Positions 37,368 through 47,549 of a DNA stretch of 55,503 nt are shown here, one piece after another. Both the position numbers and the translations under genes were made by a program. Under the pieces are notes generated by a model. The model was not told the DNA's origin, made no database searches, and saw only the letters and a program-made list of their open reading frames with translations. Numbering within the stretch: the stretch's first letter is position 1; each line of letters opens with the position of its first letter. The stretch spans positions 1 to 55,503 of the forward strand of contig CAZFWB010000001.1 of the NCBI GenBank assembly GCA_964522655.1, given 5' to 3'. This DNA comes from an uncultured Chromatiaceae bacterium. Lineage in GTDB: Bacteria; Pseudomonadota; Gammaproteobacteria; Steroidobacterales; GCA-2729495.

Positions 37368-39167
37368 TCAGTGGCAACGCGTGCAGGTATCGAGTTGCGT
37401 CAGCCGTTGCTCACGACTCTGTGCCGGCGCGGACTCCCACGCTGCCGTATGGCAAGCCTCGCACACCATGCTGCGTTCGATGACGAGCTGGTGCGAGACC
37501 TCGAAATGCCAGTAACCGGCCCGCTTGCGGCGCAGGAGTGCAGGCAGGTCGATCGCCGCGCGGCGCGCCTCCGGCGGTCGCGCACCGGTGGTGGCGGCGA
37601 TCGTGGTGGCCGGCGGAACCGCGGCAGGCGGCTGTTCGCGCCGCGGGCGATCCAGCGCGAGGGCGGCAGCACCGCGCCCGGCGATGCGGCCCATCAGCAC
37701 GGCGGGGCCGAGGAAGGTGCCCGAGCCGCCATGCCGGCCATTGATGCCCGCCGCGCCGGTGACTTCGCCGGCGGCGAACAGGCCGCGGATGAGTTGTCCT
37801 GCGCCGCCGAGGACGCGCGCTTCGCGGTCCACGACGAGACCGCCCATGCTCTGGCGCGTCAACGGGAAGAGCTGAATGGCGTAGAACGGCGGCTGGCGAA
37901 TCGCCAGGGGGACCGGTCCGGCCGTTCCGGGTCCGATGCGGCCGAAGTCGGTGTCCATGCCCTGCTCGGCGAAACGGTTGAAGCGGCGTACGGTTTCCGT
38001 GAGCGCGTCGACCGGGAGGCCTGTCGCCTGGGCCAGCGCGCCGACGCTGCCGGCCTGCTTGACCAGCGCGGGGTTGTCGATGATCTCGCGGCGGATCGCC
38101 TGCGGCGTCAGCCACGCGGCACCGCTGATCGAGAGCTGCCTGGCGCCGATCGCGTCGAAGACGAGCCAGTGCGTGCCGCCCGGTGCCTGATGCAGCACCG
38201 CCCGGGTGGTGACCTTGCTCGAAGCCGCTTCGTTGGTGAATCGCCGGCCCGTCGAATCGACCCAGATCGCCGCCGGGTTGTCGACCGATAGGCCGCGGTC
38301 GGCGGCCGGCTCGCGCGGGTCCGGCAGCCCGTTCACGAGCGTCACCTGATGGCCGAGCCGGCCGAGCGCGGCCCCGAAGGGCTCGGCCAGCTTCAGCCCG
38401 CTGCCCGTCGCGAAGGCACCGGCGCCGATCAGCAACCTCGGCGGTTGCGGCAGCGTGCCGGCCCAGGCACCGCGGACCATATCGAGGTTGCCCTGGAAAC
38501 CGCCGGTCGCGATGATGACGGCGCGGGCACGGTAGAGCCGCCCGCCGCGGCTGCGCGCGCGCGCGGTGCGCACTCCGGCGATCTGCCCGTCACGACGCAG
38601 GATTCCGCTGACCTCGGTGTTCAGCAGAAAATCGATGCGTTCACGCTGCAGGGCTTCGCGGATCATCGGGACGACTGCATGGGTCGCGCTGCCGCGGGTG
38701 AAATGCAGGCGTGGCACAGTGTCTTCCGGCGTGTCTCGCAGCACCTCGAATTTCACGCCCATGCCGGTGAGCCAGTCGTAGACCTGCTCGCGGGAGTGTT
38801 CTGCGTAGTTGCGCGCCCACCATTCGTCGGCGTCCTCGCCCCAGGTTATGAAGTCGCGAAAGGCGATGTCGGGCGAGTCACGGAAGCCTCTCGATCGCTG
38901 CAGCGGGGTGTCGACGAGCGCGAAGCCGCCGGCCATGACGGCGTGGCCGCCGGCAACCGAATTGCCGTCGATCAGCAGCACACGGGCGCCATGGCTCTCG
39001 GCCTCCAGAGCGGCCGAAAGGCCGGCGATGCCGGCACCGATTACGATCACGTCGGCGTCGTCGGCAACCGGCGGCGGTGCCTCGCAGGCGGCGAGCGCGA
39101 GCGTGAGCAGCGCGAGCGCGCCGGTCGTGAATCGGGCGAAGCGACGGCGTTGATGCGCTCGGGACAA
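37368..39167 (-). CDS. FAD-dependent oxidoreductase lipoprotein (flavocytochrome c/FrdA-like) with C-terminal diheme domain
   Basis: LAAC lipobox; GAGIAG, IIATGGF, GRRFTNE, SMGGL and GLFAAGE; C-terminal H...CEACH...CTRCH. Confidence 0.82.
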   Translation of the reverse strand: MSRAHQRRRFARFTTGALALLTLALAACEAPPPVADDADVIVIGAGIAGLSAALEAESHGARVLLIDGNSVAGGHAVMAGGFALVDTPLQRSRGFRDSPDIAFRDFITWGEDADEWWARNYAEHSREQVYDWLTGMGVKFEVLRDTPEDTVPRLHFTRGSATHAVVPMIREALQRERIDFLLNTEVSGILRRDGQIAGVRTARARSRGGRLYRARAVIIATGGFQGNLDMVRGAWAGTLPQPPRLLIGAGAFATGSGLKLAEPFGAALGRLGHQVTLVNGLPDPREPAADRGLSVDNPAAIWVDSTGRRFTNEAASSKVTTRAVLHQAPGGTHWLVFDAIGARQLSISGAAWLTPQAIRREIIDNPALVKQAGSVGALAQATGLPVDALTETVRRFNRFAEQGMDTDFGRIGPGTAGPVPLAIRQPPFYAIQLFPLTRQSMGGLVVDREARVLGGAGQLIRGLFAAGEVTGAAGINGRHGGSGTFLGPAVLMGRIAGRGAAALALDRPRREQPPAAVPPATTIAATTGARPPEARRAAIDLPALLRRKRAGYWHFEVSHQLVIERSMVCEACHTAAWESAPAQSREQRLTQLDTCTRCH

Positions 39168-39223
39168 TAGTGGTTGCCTGGTTCGGGACGCTGACCGGCG
39201 GCAAGTATACTAGCGGTCGCATC

Positions 39224-41485
39224 ATGGCGATTTCCCGAAGAGCGATCCTCGTCAGTGGTCTCGCGGCCGGTGGCGGCCTGGGCGTTTGGGCGCTGCTGCG
39301 CGGTCTCGACGATGGTGAGGCGGCGCTGAAGTTCGCGCGCAGCACGCCCGGCGCCGTGGCACTGAACGGCTGGGTGAAGATCGCGCCGACCGGGATCGTG
39401 ACCTGCGGCGTGCATCGCGCGGAGATGGGCCAGGGCATCAGCACTGCCGTGCCGATGCTGATCGCCGAGGAGCTCGATGTGGACTGGGAGCGTGTGCGCT
39501 TCGAGTTCACGCCCGTCGATCGCGACTACTTCAATTTCGGCATACTGCTGCGCGGCCAGCCGTTCGGTGACACCAGCGGACGGCCGCTGGCGCAACTCGG
39601 CGAGCGGCTGGCAAGAAAGGCGTTTCACGCGCTCGGCATGTCGATGACCATCAGCAGCGCGAGCGTGGTGGATGCCTGGGATACCGTCCGGCATGCCGCC
39701 GCACAGGCGCGCGCGCTGCTGCTCGCCGCGGCGGCCCGCCGCTGGGGGGTGCCGCCGGGACAGCTCGAGACGCTGCGCGGCCAGGTGCTCGATCCGGGGA
39801 GCGGTCGCAGCGCGGACTATGGCGAGCTCGTTGCCGCGGCCGCCGCCGAGGCGCCGTCGGCGGCAGTGGCGCCGAAGCTACCGACGCGATTCCGCCTGCT
39901 CGGCACCTCACCGCCACGGCTGGACCTTCCCGCCAAGGTGACCGGCGCCGCCGCCTTCGGCGTCGATACCACGCTGCCCGGATTGCTGTTCGCCACCGTC
40001 CGGCACAGCCCGTTGCTCGGCGTGCGCATCGCCGGCGTCGACAACCTGGCCGAGGTCGCGGGGATGAGCGGCGTCGAGGGCGTCGTGCGCCTCGGCGAGC
40101 GGGCGGTGGCGGTGGTCGCACGCGACACCTGGTCGGCGCTGCGCGGCGCGGCGCGCCTGTCGCTCAAGCCGGAGCCGAACGATGTCCCGGTGCCCGACTC
40201 CGCATCGATCATGGCCGAGTGGCGCGCGGCAGACGATGACCCGGAGGTATTTCGCGACGAGGGCGACGCGCCCGGCGCGATCGCGAATGCCGGGCGGCGC
40301 GTCGAAGCCGCCTACGAGCTTCCCTATCTCGCACACCTGTGCATGGAGCCGATGAGTTGCACGGCGCGGGTGGGGCGTGACGAGGTGACGCTGTGGGCGC
40401 CGACGCAGGCGCTGAGCATCGCGCGGGACATCGCTGCCGAGGTCGCCGGCGTGGCGGCCGATCGGGTCGCGGTGCACCGGACATTGCTCGGCGGCGGCTT
40501 CGGCCGTCGCGCCGAGATGGACTTTGTCGCCGACGCGGTCGGCGCTGCGATGGCCTTCCCGGGGCGACCCGTCAAGGTGGTCTTTTCGCGCGAGGAGGAT
40601 GTGCGCACCGACATGTACCGGCCGGCCGCAGTCGCGCGGGTGCGCGCTGCGCTCGATTCCAGCGGGCGCATCGGCTCGCTCGACTACCTGCTGGTCTCCC
40701 AGTCGGTGACCGCCAGTTACTTCGCGCGTACGCCGACGCCGCGTGGTGGGAACCCGCGGCGAGACAGCGCGGCACTCGCCGGCGCCCTCGAGATCATCTA
40801 CGCCGGCGTGCCCAACCTGCGCTTCGCGTTCCTGCCGCGCGACGCGGGCGTGCCGGTCGGTTTCTGGCGCAGCGTCGGCAATTCGCACAACTGCTTCATC
40901 GTAGAGTCGTTCATGGACGAGCTGGCCGCTGCCGCCGGGCGGGATCCGGTGCAGTTTCGCCTCGCCCATCTCGAGGGGCGCCCGGCGCACCAGGCGGTGC
41001 TGCGCGAGGCAGCGGAGCGCGCCGGCTGGGGCGGGACACTCGCGGCCGGCCGTGGCCGCGGTATCGCGCTGATCGAGAGCCACGACAGCATCGTTGCGCA
41101 GGTGGTCGAGGTCACGGCGCGCGGCGCCGATGACTTCCGGGTCGATCGTGTCACCTGCGTCATCGATCCGCGCACCGTGATTCATCCCGACACGGTGGTC
41201 GCGCAGATGCAGGGCGCGATCGTGGACGGGTTGTCAGCGGCACTCTACGGCGCAATCACGATCCGCGGCGGCGCGGTGGAGCAGGGCAATTTCGACGACT
41301 GCCGGCTATTGCGCCTCGCCGACACACCGCCCATCGAGGTTCACCTGTTGCCCCAGGGCGGACGGCCGGGCGGGGTCGGAGAGCCGGGGTTGCCGGCGGT
41401 AGCCCCGGCGCTTGCCAATGCGATTTTCGCCGCCACCGGACAACGGGTCCGGCGCCTGCCGTTTCGAAAATGGGGACATTCCTGA
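39224..41485 (+). CDS. Molybdopterin-binding aldehyde/isoquinoline oxidoreductase large subunit (IorB-like), Tat signal
   Basis: SRRAIL, EMGQG, AEEL, KVTG.A.FG.D, H..MEP, GGGFGRR, WRSVG and GGVGEP. Confidence 0.9.
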   Translation: MAISRRAILVSGLAAGGGLGVWALLRGLDDGEAALKFARSTPGAVALNGWVKIAPTGIVTCGVHRAEMGQGISTAVPMLIAEELDVDWERVRFEFTPVDRDYFNFGILLRGQPFGDTSGRPLAQLGERLARKAFHALGMSMTISSASVVDAWDTVRHAAAQARALLLAAAARRWGVPPGQLETLRGQVLDPGSGRSADYGELVAAAAAEAPSAAVAPKLPTRFRLLGTSPPRLDLPAKVTGAAAFGVDTTLPGLLFATVRHSPLLGVRIAGVDNLAEVAGMSGVEGVVRLGERAVAVVARDTWSALRGAARLSLKPEPNDVPVPDSASIMAEWRAADDDPEVFRDEGDAPGAIANAGRRVEAAYELPYLAHLCMEPMSCTARVGRDEVTLWAPTQALSIARDIAAEVAGVAADRVAVHRTLLGGGFGRRAEMDFVADAVGAAMAFPGRPVKVVFSREEDVRTDMYRPAAVARVRAALDSSGRIGSLDYLLVSQSVTASYFARTPTPRGGNPRRDSAALAGALEIIYAGVPNLRFAFLPRDAGVPVGFWRSVGNSHNCFIVESFMDELAAAAGRDPVQFRLAHLEGRPAHQAVLREAAERAGWGGTLAAGRGRGIALIESHDSIVAQVVEVTARGADDFRVDRVTCVIDPRTVIHPDTVVAQMQGAIVDGLSAALYGAITIRGGAVEQGNFDDCRLLRLADTPPIEVHLLPQGGRPGGVGEPGLPAVAPALANAIFAATGQRVRRLPFRKWGHS

Positions 41486-41545
41486 TTTCCGATGATCGCA
41501 CGGTCTGAATGCCGCCGCGGCGGAGCAAATCAGGAATGGCCCCAT
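41470..41545. repeat. REP-like inverted repeat overlapping the IorB-like stop codon
   Basis: ATGGGGACATTCCTGATTT (41470-41488) versus AAATCAGGAATGGCCCCAT (41527-41545): 19-bp arms, one mismatch. Confidence 0.8.
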
Positions 41546-41551
41546 CTTTGA

Positions 41552-41722
41552 TCAGCGGTGGTCGTCGCCGGAGGGCGGCTGGCGATCGTCGTCCATGAGG
41601 ATTCGCCAGGCGGGCGACTCGAGGTCGTCGAACTGCCCGCCACGGGCGGCCCAGAAGAACGCCAGCACGGCTGCGCCGAGCAGCACCAGGCCGAGCGGGA
41701 TCAGCACGAAGATGATGCTCAC
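41552..41722 (-). CDS. ccoS: cbb3 oxidase maturation protein CcoS
   Basis: LIPL...FFWAARGGQFDDLE.PA.RILMDDD; GTG overlaps the ccoI stop. Confidence 0.9.
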   Translation of the reverse strand: MSIIFVLIPLGLVLLGAAVLAFFWAARGGQFDDLESPAWRILMDDDRQPPSGDDHR

Positions 41723-44199
41723 GGTGAGGCCTTGCGCGGCGCCAGCCAGCCGGGCTCGACGCCATCGCCGCGCGGGCGGGATGGCCGGCCGAGGCGCAGC
41801 GCGTTGAAGGTCACCAGCAGGGAACTCGCCGACATGCCGAGCGCGGCAAGCCACGGCGCGATCACGCCGGCGGCGGCGAGGGGCACCGCCAGCGCGTTGT
41901 AGCCGATTGCCCAGCCGAGGTTCTGGCGCACGATGCGCATCGTACGGCGGGCGAGCGCCAGCGCCTCGGGCAGCGCGTCGAGGCGGTTGCCCACGAGCAC
42001 GCAATCGGCGCTGTGGTGGGCGAGCGAGGCGCCGCTGCCGACTGCGATCGAGACGTCGGCCCCGGCGAGCACGGGCGAATCATTGATGCCGTCACCGATC
42101 ATGCCGACAACGCTGCCACGTGACTGCATCTCACGGACCAGCGACAGCTTGGCGGCAGGCTCCAGCGATGCGTGCCAGTCGGCGACCCTGAGCCGGTCGG
42201 CAACCGCCTGCACCGGCTCCGCCCGGTCGCCACTGGCGATCGCGACGCGGATGCCCTGGGCGCGCAGCCCGGCCAGTGACTCGGCTGCGTCGGGACGGAC
42301 GCGCTCAGCGACGTCGAAGCGGGCGAGCAGACCCTCGTCGCCGCCGAGGTAGACGCGCTGCCACGCTGCCGGGGTCGCGCCCTGCGGGTCCTCGGCTGGC
42401 ACGTCGCATTCGCCGGCGCCGGAGAGCTGCAGGGCGAAGGCGCGCGTGCCGACTCGCAACTTCTTGCCGTTGACGCGTCCGCCGATACCTCGTCCGGGCA
42501 CCGCCATCACGTCTGTCACCACCGGGGCTCCGCCCGGGGCAGGAAACGCCCGCGCCAGCGGATGCTCCGAGCGCGACTCGAGCGCGGCGGCCAGCGCCAT
42601 CGCCTCGTCGGCACCGATCGCTCCGAGCGGCTCGACGCGGATGATGCCGGCCGAGTGCTCGGTGAGCGTGCCCGTCTTGTCGAAGACCAGATCGGTCGCC
42701 CGGCTCAGGGTTTCGAGTGCCGCGGACCGTCGCAGCAACACGCCGCGGCGCGCGAGCGCGCTCATGCCGACGGTGAACGCCGCCGGGGTGGCGAGCGCCA
42801 GAGCGCAGGGGCAGGTCACCACCAGCAGCGCCAGCACGACCTCGAAGGCGCGCGACGGGTCGATCGCCGACCACGCGGCGCCGACTGCCGCGGCGAGTGC
42901 CAGCAGGCCGGTGACGAACCAGCGCGCGACGCGATCGGTGGTCGCCACGAGGCGCGGGCGTTCGCTGCGAGCCGTGTCGATCATGCGGCCGATCTGTGCG
43001 AGCATCGTGCCGGCACCGACGCGCCGCACCGTCAGCGTGACGGCGCCGAGCAGATTGATGCTTCCGGCCACGACTGCAGCACCGGTCGCCTTGCGCACCG
43101 GCCGGGACTCGCCGGTGAGCAGCGATTCATCGACGCGCGCCGATTCGCTGGCAAGAATTCCGTCCACGGGGATCGACTGCCCGGGCTGGACCACCACGAG
43201 ATCGCCGGCGTTCAGTTCCGTCACGGTGACGGTCTCGAGCCGCCCATCCGCGAGGCGAGTGGCAACGCGGGGCAGGTGGCGGGCGAGCGCGGCGGTGAGG
43301 CTGAGCGCGCGGTGGCGTCCGGCCATCTCGAGAAAACGCGCGCTGGAGAGGAAAAAGACGAACATCACGGCAGAGTCGAAATAGATCTCGCCTGCGCCGC
43401 GCAGTCCGTTCCACACGCTGGCGGAATAGGCCGCTGCGATCGCGAGCGCGACCGGCAGATCCATACCCAGCCGGCCGGCGCGCAGGCCCCGCCAGGCGCC
43501 CTTGAAGAACGGCGCGCCCGAGTAGAACACGACCGGCGTCGCGACCAGCAGACTGGCGAGGCGGAAGAACTGCCCGAGAGCCGGGTCCGCGTCGTGGAAC
43601 GCGCCCGCATACAGGGCGACCGCGTAGCTCATCGTCGCGGACATACCGAGCCCCGCCACGATCAGCCGGCGCAGCGCGGAGCGCCGCTCTGCGAGCGCCG
43701 CGCGGTCGCCGGAGTCCTCGCCGAATGGATGCGGCTCGTACCCGAGTGCCGCGATGCGCGCGAGCAGTTCGCTGAGCCGGACCGCTGCCGGGTCCCAGCG
43801 CAGCCGCATGCGTGTGGTGAGCGGGTCGACATGGATCTCGCGAACCCCGGGTATCGTTGCCATGGAACGCTCGATCAGCCAGGAGCAGGCCGCGCATCGC
43901 ACGCCCTGCACCAGCAGCAGCGCCTCGTTGCTGCCATCTTCCCGCTTGGTCACGAATTCGCGCTGCAGCGCGGGCCGGTCGTAGCCGCGCCAGCGTCCGA
44001 GGTCGCGCGCCGCACCAGGCGGCCGTGCGGCCGGGCCCGCCCTGAAGCGGTAGAAGCGCGTGAGCTTCTCGTCACGGATGAGCGCTGCGATGTCGTGGCA
44101 GGCCTGACCGCAGAACCAGCGGCGCTCGCCGTCGATCTCGAGTTCGTGGAGCGGCTCTTCCCGCAATTCCGCGCCGCAATGAAAGCAATTGCCGGCCAT
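41719..44199 (-). CDS. ccoI: Cu-translocating P1B-type ATPase CcoI/FixI
   Basis: CFHCG N-terminus, CAACSWLIE, TGES, CPCALALATP, DKTGT, HP and GDGINDSP. Confidence 0.93.
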   Translation of the reverse strand: MAGNCFHCGAELREEPLHELEIDGERRWFCGQACHDIAALIRDEKLTRFYRFRAGPAARPPGAARDLGRWRGYDRPALQREFVTKREDGSNEALLLVQGVRCAACSWLIERSMATIPGVREIHVDPLTTRMRLRWDPAAVRLSELLARIAALGYEPHPFGEDSGDRAALAERRSALRRLIVAGLGMSATMSYAVALYAGAFHDADPALGQFFRLASLLVATPVVFYSGAPFFKGAWRGLRAGRLGMDLPVALAIAAAYSASVWNGLRGAGEIYFDSAVMFVFFLSSARFLEMAGRHRALSLTAALARHLPRVATRLADGRLETVTVTELNAGDLVVVQPGQSIPVDGILASESARVDESLLTGESRPVRKATGAAVVAGSINLLGAVTLTVRRVGAGTMLAQIGRMIDTARSERPRLVATTDRVARWFVTGLLALAAAVGAAWSAIDPSRAFEVVLALLVVTCPCALALATPAAFTVGMSALARRGVLLRRSAALETLSRATDLVFDKTGTLTEHSAGIIRVEPLGAIGADEAMALAAALESRSEHPLARAFPAPGGAPVVTDVMAVPGRGIGGRVNGKKLRVGTRAFALQLSGAGECDVPAEDPQGATPAAWQRVYLGGDEGLLARFDVAERVRPDAAESLAGLRAQGIRVAIASGDRAEPVQAVADRLRVADWHASLEPAAKLSLVREMQSRGSVVGMIGDGINDSPVLAGADVSIAVGSGASLAHHSADCVLVGNRLDALPEALALARRTMRIVRQNLGWAIGYNALAVPLAAAGVIAPWLAALGMSASSLLVTFNALRLGRPSRPRGDGVEPGWLAPRKASP

Positions 44200-44210
44200 C
44201 GGTGGTCCGC

Positions 44211-44693
44211 TCAGGGCGTCGGCCGCGGCCGCAGGCGGACCGAGCGCTGTCCGGCGCCGAGTTCGCCGGTCAGCCGCCACGTGGCCGAATCATCGGCGAG
44301 CTGCAGATACAGCCGGCCCGCGCTGCGCCGGACCGTGCCATGGTACGACGCGCCGTCGCGATCGAGCCACGCGCGGGCATCGCGTTCCTCCAGCGTCGGG
44401 TGCAGAAGGTCGAGCCGCAGCCGCTCCGGCGCAGCACCCGCGAGCTGCACTGTCACCGATCCGGTGGCATCGTCCAGGGCGAGCTCCGCGACCAGTCCGA
44501 GTGCCTGGGCCCGCCGGTCGCGCTCGCGTTCGCGCTCCACACTGAGGGTGATCTCGCTGTAATCGTCCACCACCAGGGCGGGCGGCGCGCCCGCGATGAT
44601 GAGCGTGGCGAAGCCGCCGATCACCGTGGCGATCAGCGGCGCGAGCACGAACCAGAGCCAGAATTCGCGGTACCAGGGCTTGCTGTCGTTCAT
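44211..44693 (-). CDS. ccoH: CcoH/FixH family protein
   Basis: KPWYREFWLWF, LVVDDY, L.LLHPT..D; position between ccoG and ccoI. Confidence 0.85.
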   Translation of the reverse strand: MNDSKPWYREFWLWFVLAPLIATVIGGFATLIIAGAPPALVVDDYSEITLSVERERERDRRAQALGLVAELALDDATGSVTVQLAGAAPERLRLDLLHPTLEERDARAWLDRDGASYHGTVRRSAGRLYLQLADDSATWRLTGELGAGQRSVRLRPRPTP

Positions 44694-44702
44694 CACGGGT
44701 CC

Positions 44703-46091
44703 TCAGCGCCGCGGCGCCGGTGCCATGAAGCGCGCCTTGCGCTCGGCCCGGAACATGCCGTCGTCGGTCGCCACCGCGCTGATCACGATGTCGTGTCCGC
44801 CGGGCGGCGCGCCGTCCCGCGTCACGCTGACGCGCGCGACCACCGTTGACTGTTCGCCGGCCGCCAGCTCCGCGACCGCCGGCATCGTGCTGATCTGGAT
44901 ACCCGGCAGGCCATCGGCTCGCAGGATGAGCCGGCGCGGGTCCGGCGACTTGTTCAGCAGCTTGACCTCGTAGACGTTCTCGATGTCGCCTGCGGCGGTT
45001 TCGCGGTACAGCTGGTTGCGATCCCGGATGACATCCACCTGCAGCGGCGAGCGATTGGCGAGCGAATAAACGAATCCCGCGAACAACGTCACCAGCAGCA
45101 ATCCGTAGATACGCGTGCGCGGACGGTTGATCCGTGTCGGCTTGCCCTCCAGCGCGTTCTGCGTGGTGTAACGGATGAGCCCGGTCGGATAGCCCATGCG
45201 CTCCATGACCGGTTTGCAGGCATCGATGCAGGCGGCGCAGGTGATGCACTCGTACTGCAGGCCCTCGCGGATATCGATGCCGGTCGGGCAGGCCTGCACG
45301 CACATGTTGCAGTCCACGCAGTCGCCGAGCCCGACGCTCTGCGGCGCGACGCCGCGGGCGCGACTGCCGCGCGGCTCGCCTCGCGCGGGATCGTAGGAGA
45401 CGATGAGCGTGTCGCGGTCGAACATCGCGCTCTGGAATCGCGCATAAGGGCACATGTACAGGCACACCTGTTCACGCAGCCGGCCGGCGTTGCCGTAGGT
45501 GGCGAGGCTGTAGAACACGATCCAGAAAGTCTCCCAGGGCCCGAGCGAGAGGGTGACCAGCCGCGCGCCGAGATCGGTCACCGGCGTGAAGTAACCGACG
45601 AAGGTGAATCCCGTCCAGGCGGCGAACCCGAGCCACATAGCCTGCTTGACGCCACGCCGCAGGAGTTTGTCCGCCGTCCACGGCGCCTTCTCGAGTTTCA
45701 GCCGCCGCGTGAACGTGCCCTCGACGAGTCTTTCCATCCAGACGAAGGCCTCCGTCCAAACCGTCTGCGGGCAGGCGTAGCCGCACCAGACGCGGCCGGC
45801 GATCGCGGTGGCGAAGAACAGCAGCAGGGCGGCCATGACCAGCAGCCACGCGAGGTAGATGAAATCGTGTGGCCAGAGCGTCAGCCCGAAAATGAAAAAC
45901 TTGCGTGCGGGCAGGTCGAAGAGCACCGCCTGACGGCCGTCCCAGCGCAACCACGGGCCGGCGTAGTAGAGGCCGAGCAGCACGACGACCGCGATGTGAC
46001 GCAGCCGCTGGAAGGTGCCCCTGACCTCGCGGGCGTGGATCTTCACCCGCTTCGCATAGAGCGATTCAGTTGCAGTCGCGTTGTCGTTCAT
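44703..46091 (-). CDS. ccoG: cbb3 oxidase accessory protein CcoG/FixG
   Basis: GRVWCGYACPQTVW, REQVC.YMCPY, CVDCNMCVQACP and CITCAACIDAC. Confidence 0.95.
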   Translation of the reverse strand: MNDNATATESLYAKRVKIHAREVRGTFQRLRHIAVVVLLGLYYAGPWLRWDGRQAVLFDLPARKFFIFGLTLWPHDFIYLAWLLVMAALLLFFATAIAGRVWCGYACPQTVWTEAFVWMERLVEGTFTRRLKLEKAPWTADKLLRRGVKQAMWLGFAAWTGFTFVGYFTPVTDLGARLVTLSLGPWETFWIVFYSLATYGNAGRLREQVCLYMCPYARFQSAMFDRDTLIVSYDPARGEPRGSRARGVAPQSVGLGDCVDCNMCVQACPTGIDIREGLQYECITCAACIDACKPVMERMGYPTGLIRYTTQNALEGKPTRINRPRTRIYGLLLVTLFAGFVYSLANRSPLQVDVIRDRNQLYRETAAGDIENVYEVKLLNKSPDPRRLILRADGLPGIQISTMPAVAELAAGEQSTVVARVSVTRDGAPPGGHDIVISAVATDDGMFRAERKARFMAPAPRR

Positions 46092-46111
46092 GGCTTGGGG
46101 GTTACGCGGCG

Positions 46112-46429
46112 TCAGCGGTCTCGCTCGGCATGGCTCGTGCGCAGCAGGTAGACGGACACGGCACTCGATATGGCGGCCACAAACCAGAAGAAGAAGAAGC
46201 CGATCGCATAGCCCGTCATGCGGCTGATCTGCAGCGGTGGCGTCGTCGCCTCGTGCGCCAGTTCCGGGTCGACGAAGGCGAAGAAGAGCATGGTCGCCAT
46301 CGCCGCGGCGAGGAAGGAGGGCCAGAGGATCGCGGCCGCCGTCTGCGCTGCGGCGCTCCAGGGCCTCGGCGGTTCGGGCCGCTCCCCGCCCAGTTCGGGC
46401 TCGCCGATATCCTCTGGTTCGCCGTTCAC
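46112..46429 (-). CDS. Small 2-TM membrane protein within the cco operon
   Basis: ILWPSFL.A...FFAFVDP...Y.IGFFFFW; GGAG RBS; lies between ccoP and ccoG. Confidence 0.75.
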   Translation of the reverse strand: MNGEPEDIGEPELGGERPEPPRPWSAAAQTAAAILWPSFLAAAMATMLFFAFVDPELAHEATTPPLQISRMTGYAIGFFFFWFVAAISSAVSVYLLRTSHAERDR

Positions 46430-46442
46430 CGTTGTTTCTCTC

Positions 46443-47342
46443 CTAGCCGCCGGGCTCCCTGGCGAGGCTCAACACGTAGGCGGCCAGCACGCGAATGCGG
46501 TCCGGGCCGAGCAGCTCGAGCTGTGCCGGCATCTGGTTCGTACGGCCATTGGCGATGACGTCGCCGATGTCGGCGGCCGTCGCACCGTGCAGCCACACGT
46601 CGTCGGCGAGATTCGGCGCGCCCACCGCCTGGTTGCCGCGGGCGTTGGCCCCGTGACAGGCGCTGCAGAAGATCTGGAACTTCTGGGCGCCGGCCGCGAC
46701 GGCCCCGGCGTCGCCCTCGCCCGGCCGCGACAGGCTGAGCACGTAGGCGGTCAGTTCCGCAACACCCTGTTCGCCAAGTGCCGCGCCGAGAGCGGGCATC
46801 ACGCCGGTGCGACCGTTGCTGATCGTCGCCTCGATGATCTCGGGCGCGCCGCCGTAGAGCCACTCGTCGTCGGTCAGGTTGGGAAAACCCCGCGCGCCGC
46901 GCGCATCCGAGCCGTGACAGGTGGCGCAGTTGTTGAGGAACAGGTTGCGACCGAGCCGCACCGCGTCAGCATCGCGCGCCAGCTCGACAAGCGGCACGCC
47001 GGCGAACGCGCGAAAGACGTCGCCGTAGCGGGCCTCCGCGGCACTGCGTTCGCGCTCGTACTGCTCGATCTGCGTCCAGCCCTGCGTGCCGCGAAACGTC
47101 CCGAGGCCCGGATACAGCACGAGGTAGACGGCGCCGAACGCCGCCGTCAGCCAGAACAGGATCAGCCACCAGCGCGGCATCGGCTTGTTGTACTCGGTCA
47201 GGTCCCCGTCCCAGACGTGTCCCGTGGTGTCCTCGGTCGAGGTGCCGGTCGGCCGGCGGCTCTGCGTCTGCAGCAGCCACACGCAGCCGATGATGGTCCC
47301 GAGGGTCAGGACGATGACGAAGCCGCTCCAGAATGCGCTCAT
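46443..47342 (-). CDS. ccoP: cbb3 cytochrome c oxidase subunit III
   Basis: TTGHVWDGDL.EYN.P.PRWW, CATCHG, CSACHG and PNL.DD.WL. Confidence 0.96.
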   Translation of the reverse strand: MSAFWSGFVIVLTLGTIIGCVWLLQTQSRRPTGTSTEDTTGHVWDGDLTEYNKPMPRWWLILFWLTAAFGAVYLVLYPGLGTFRGTQGWTQIEQYERERSAAEARYGDVFRAFAGVPLVELARDADAVRLGRNLFLNNCATCHGSDARGARGFPNLTDDEWLYGGAPEIIEATISNGRTGVMPALGAALGEQGVAELTAYVLSLSRPGEGDAGAVAAGAQKFQIFCSACHGANARGNQAVGAPNLADDVWLHGATAADIGDVIANGRTNQMPAQLELLGPDRIRVLAAYVLSLAREPGG

Positions 47343-47349
47343 GTTGCGG

Positions 47350-47547
47350 TTACTCTCGTTTCGTCGGCGCCGGGTCGTTTCCGGGCGGCTCTGCCGTGCC
47401 CGGCGGCACGTCGTCGGTCTCGAGCGGCTGTCGCGCCGCGGCATCGAAAGTCTTTCGGCGCCGGCCGCTCCAGGCCCAGGCCCAGACGCCGATGAAGAGC
47501 AGCAACATCACGACGGTGAATATGCCGCGCCAGGTGCCAGCTTCCAT
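47350..47547 (-). CDS. ccoQ: cbb3 cytochrome c oxidase subunit IV
   Basis: RGIFTVVM..LFIGV.AWAWS..R..FD.AA..P. Confidence 0.88.
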   Translation of the reverse strand: MEAGTWRGIFTVVMLLLFIGVWAWAWSGRRRKTFDAAARQPLETDDVPPGTAEPPGNDPAPTKRE

Positions 47548-47549
47548 CG

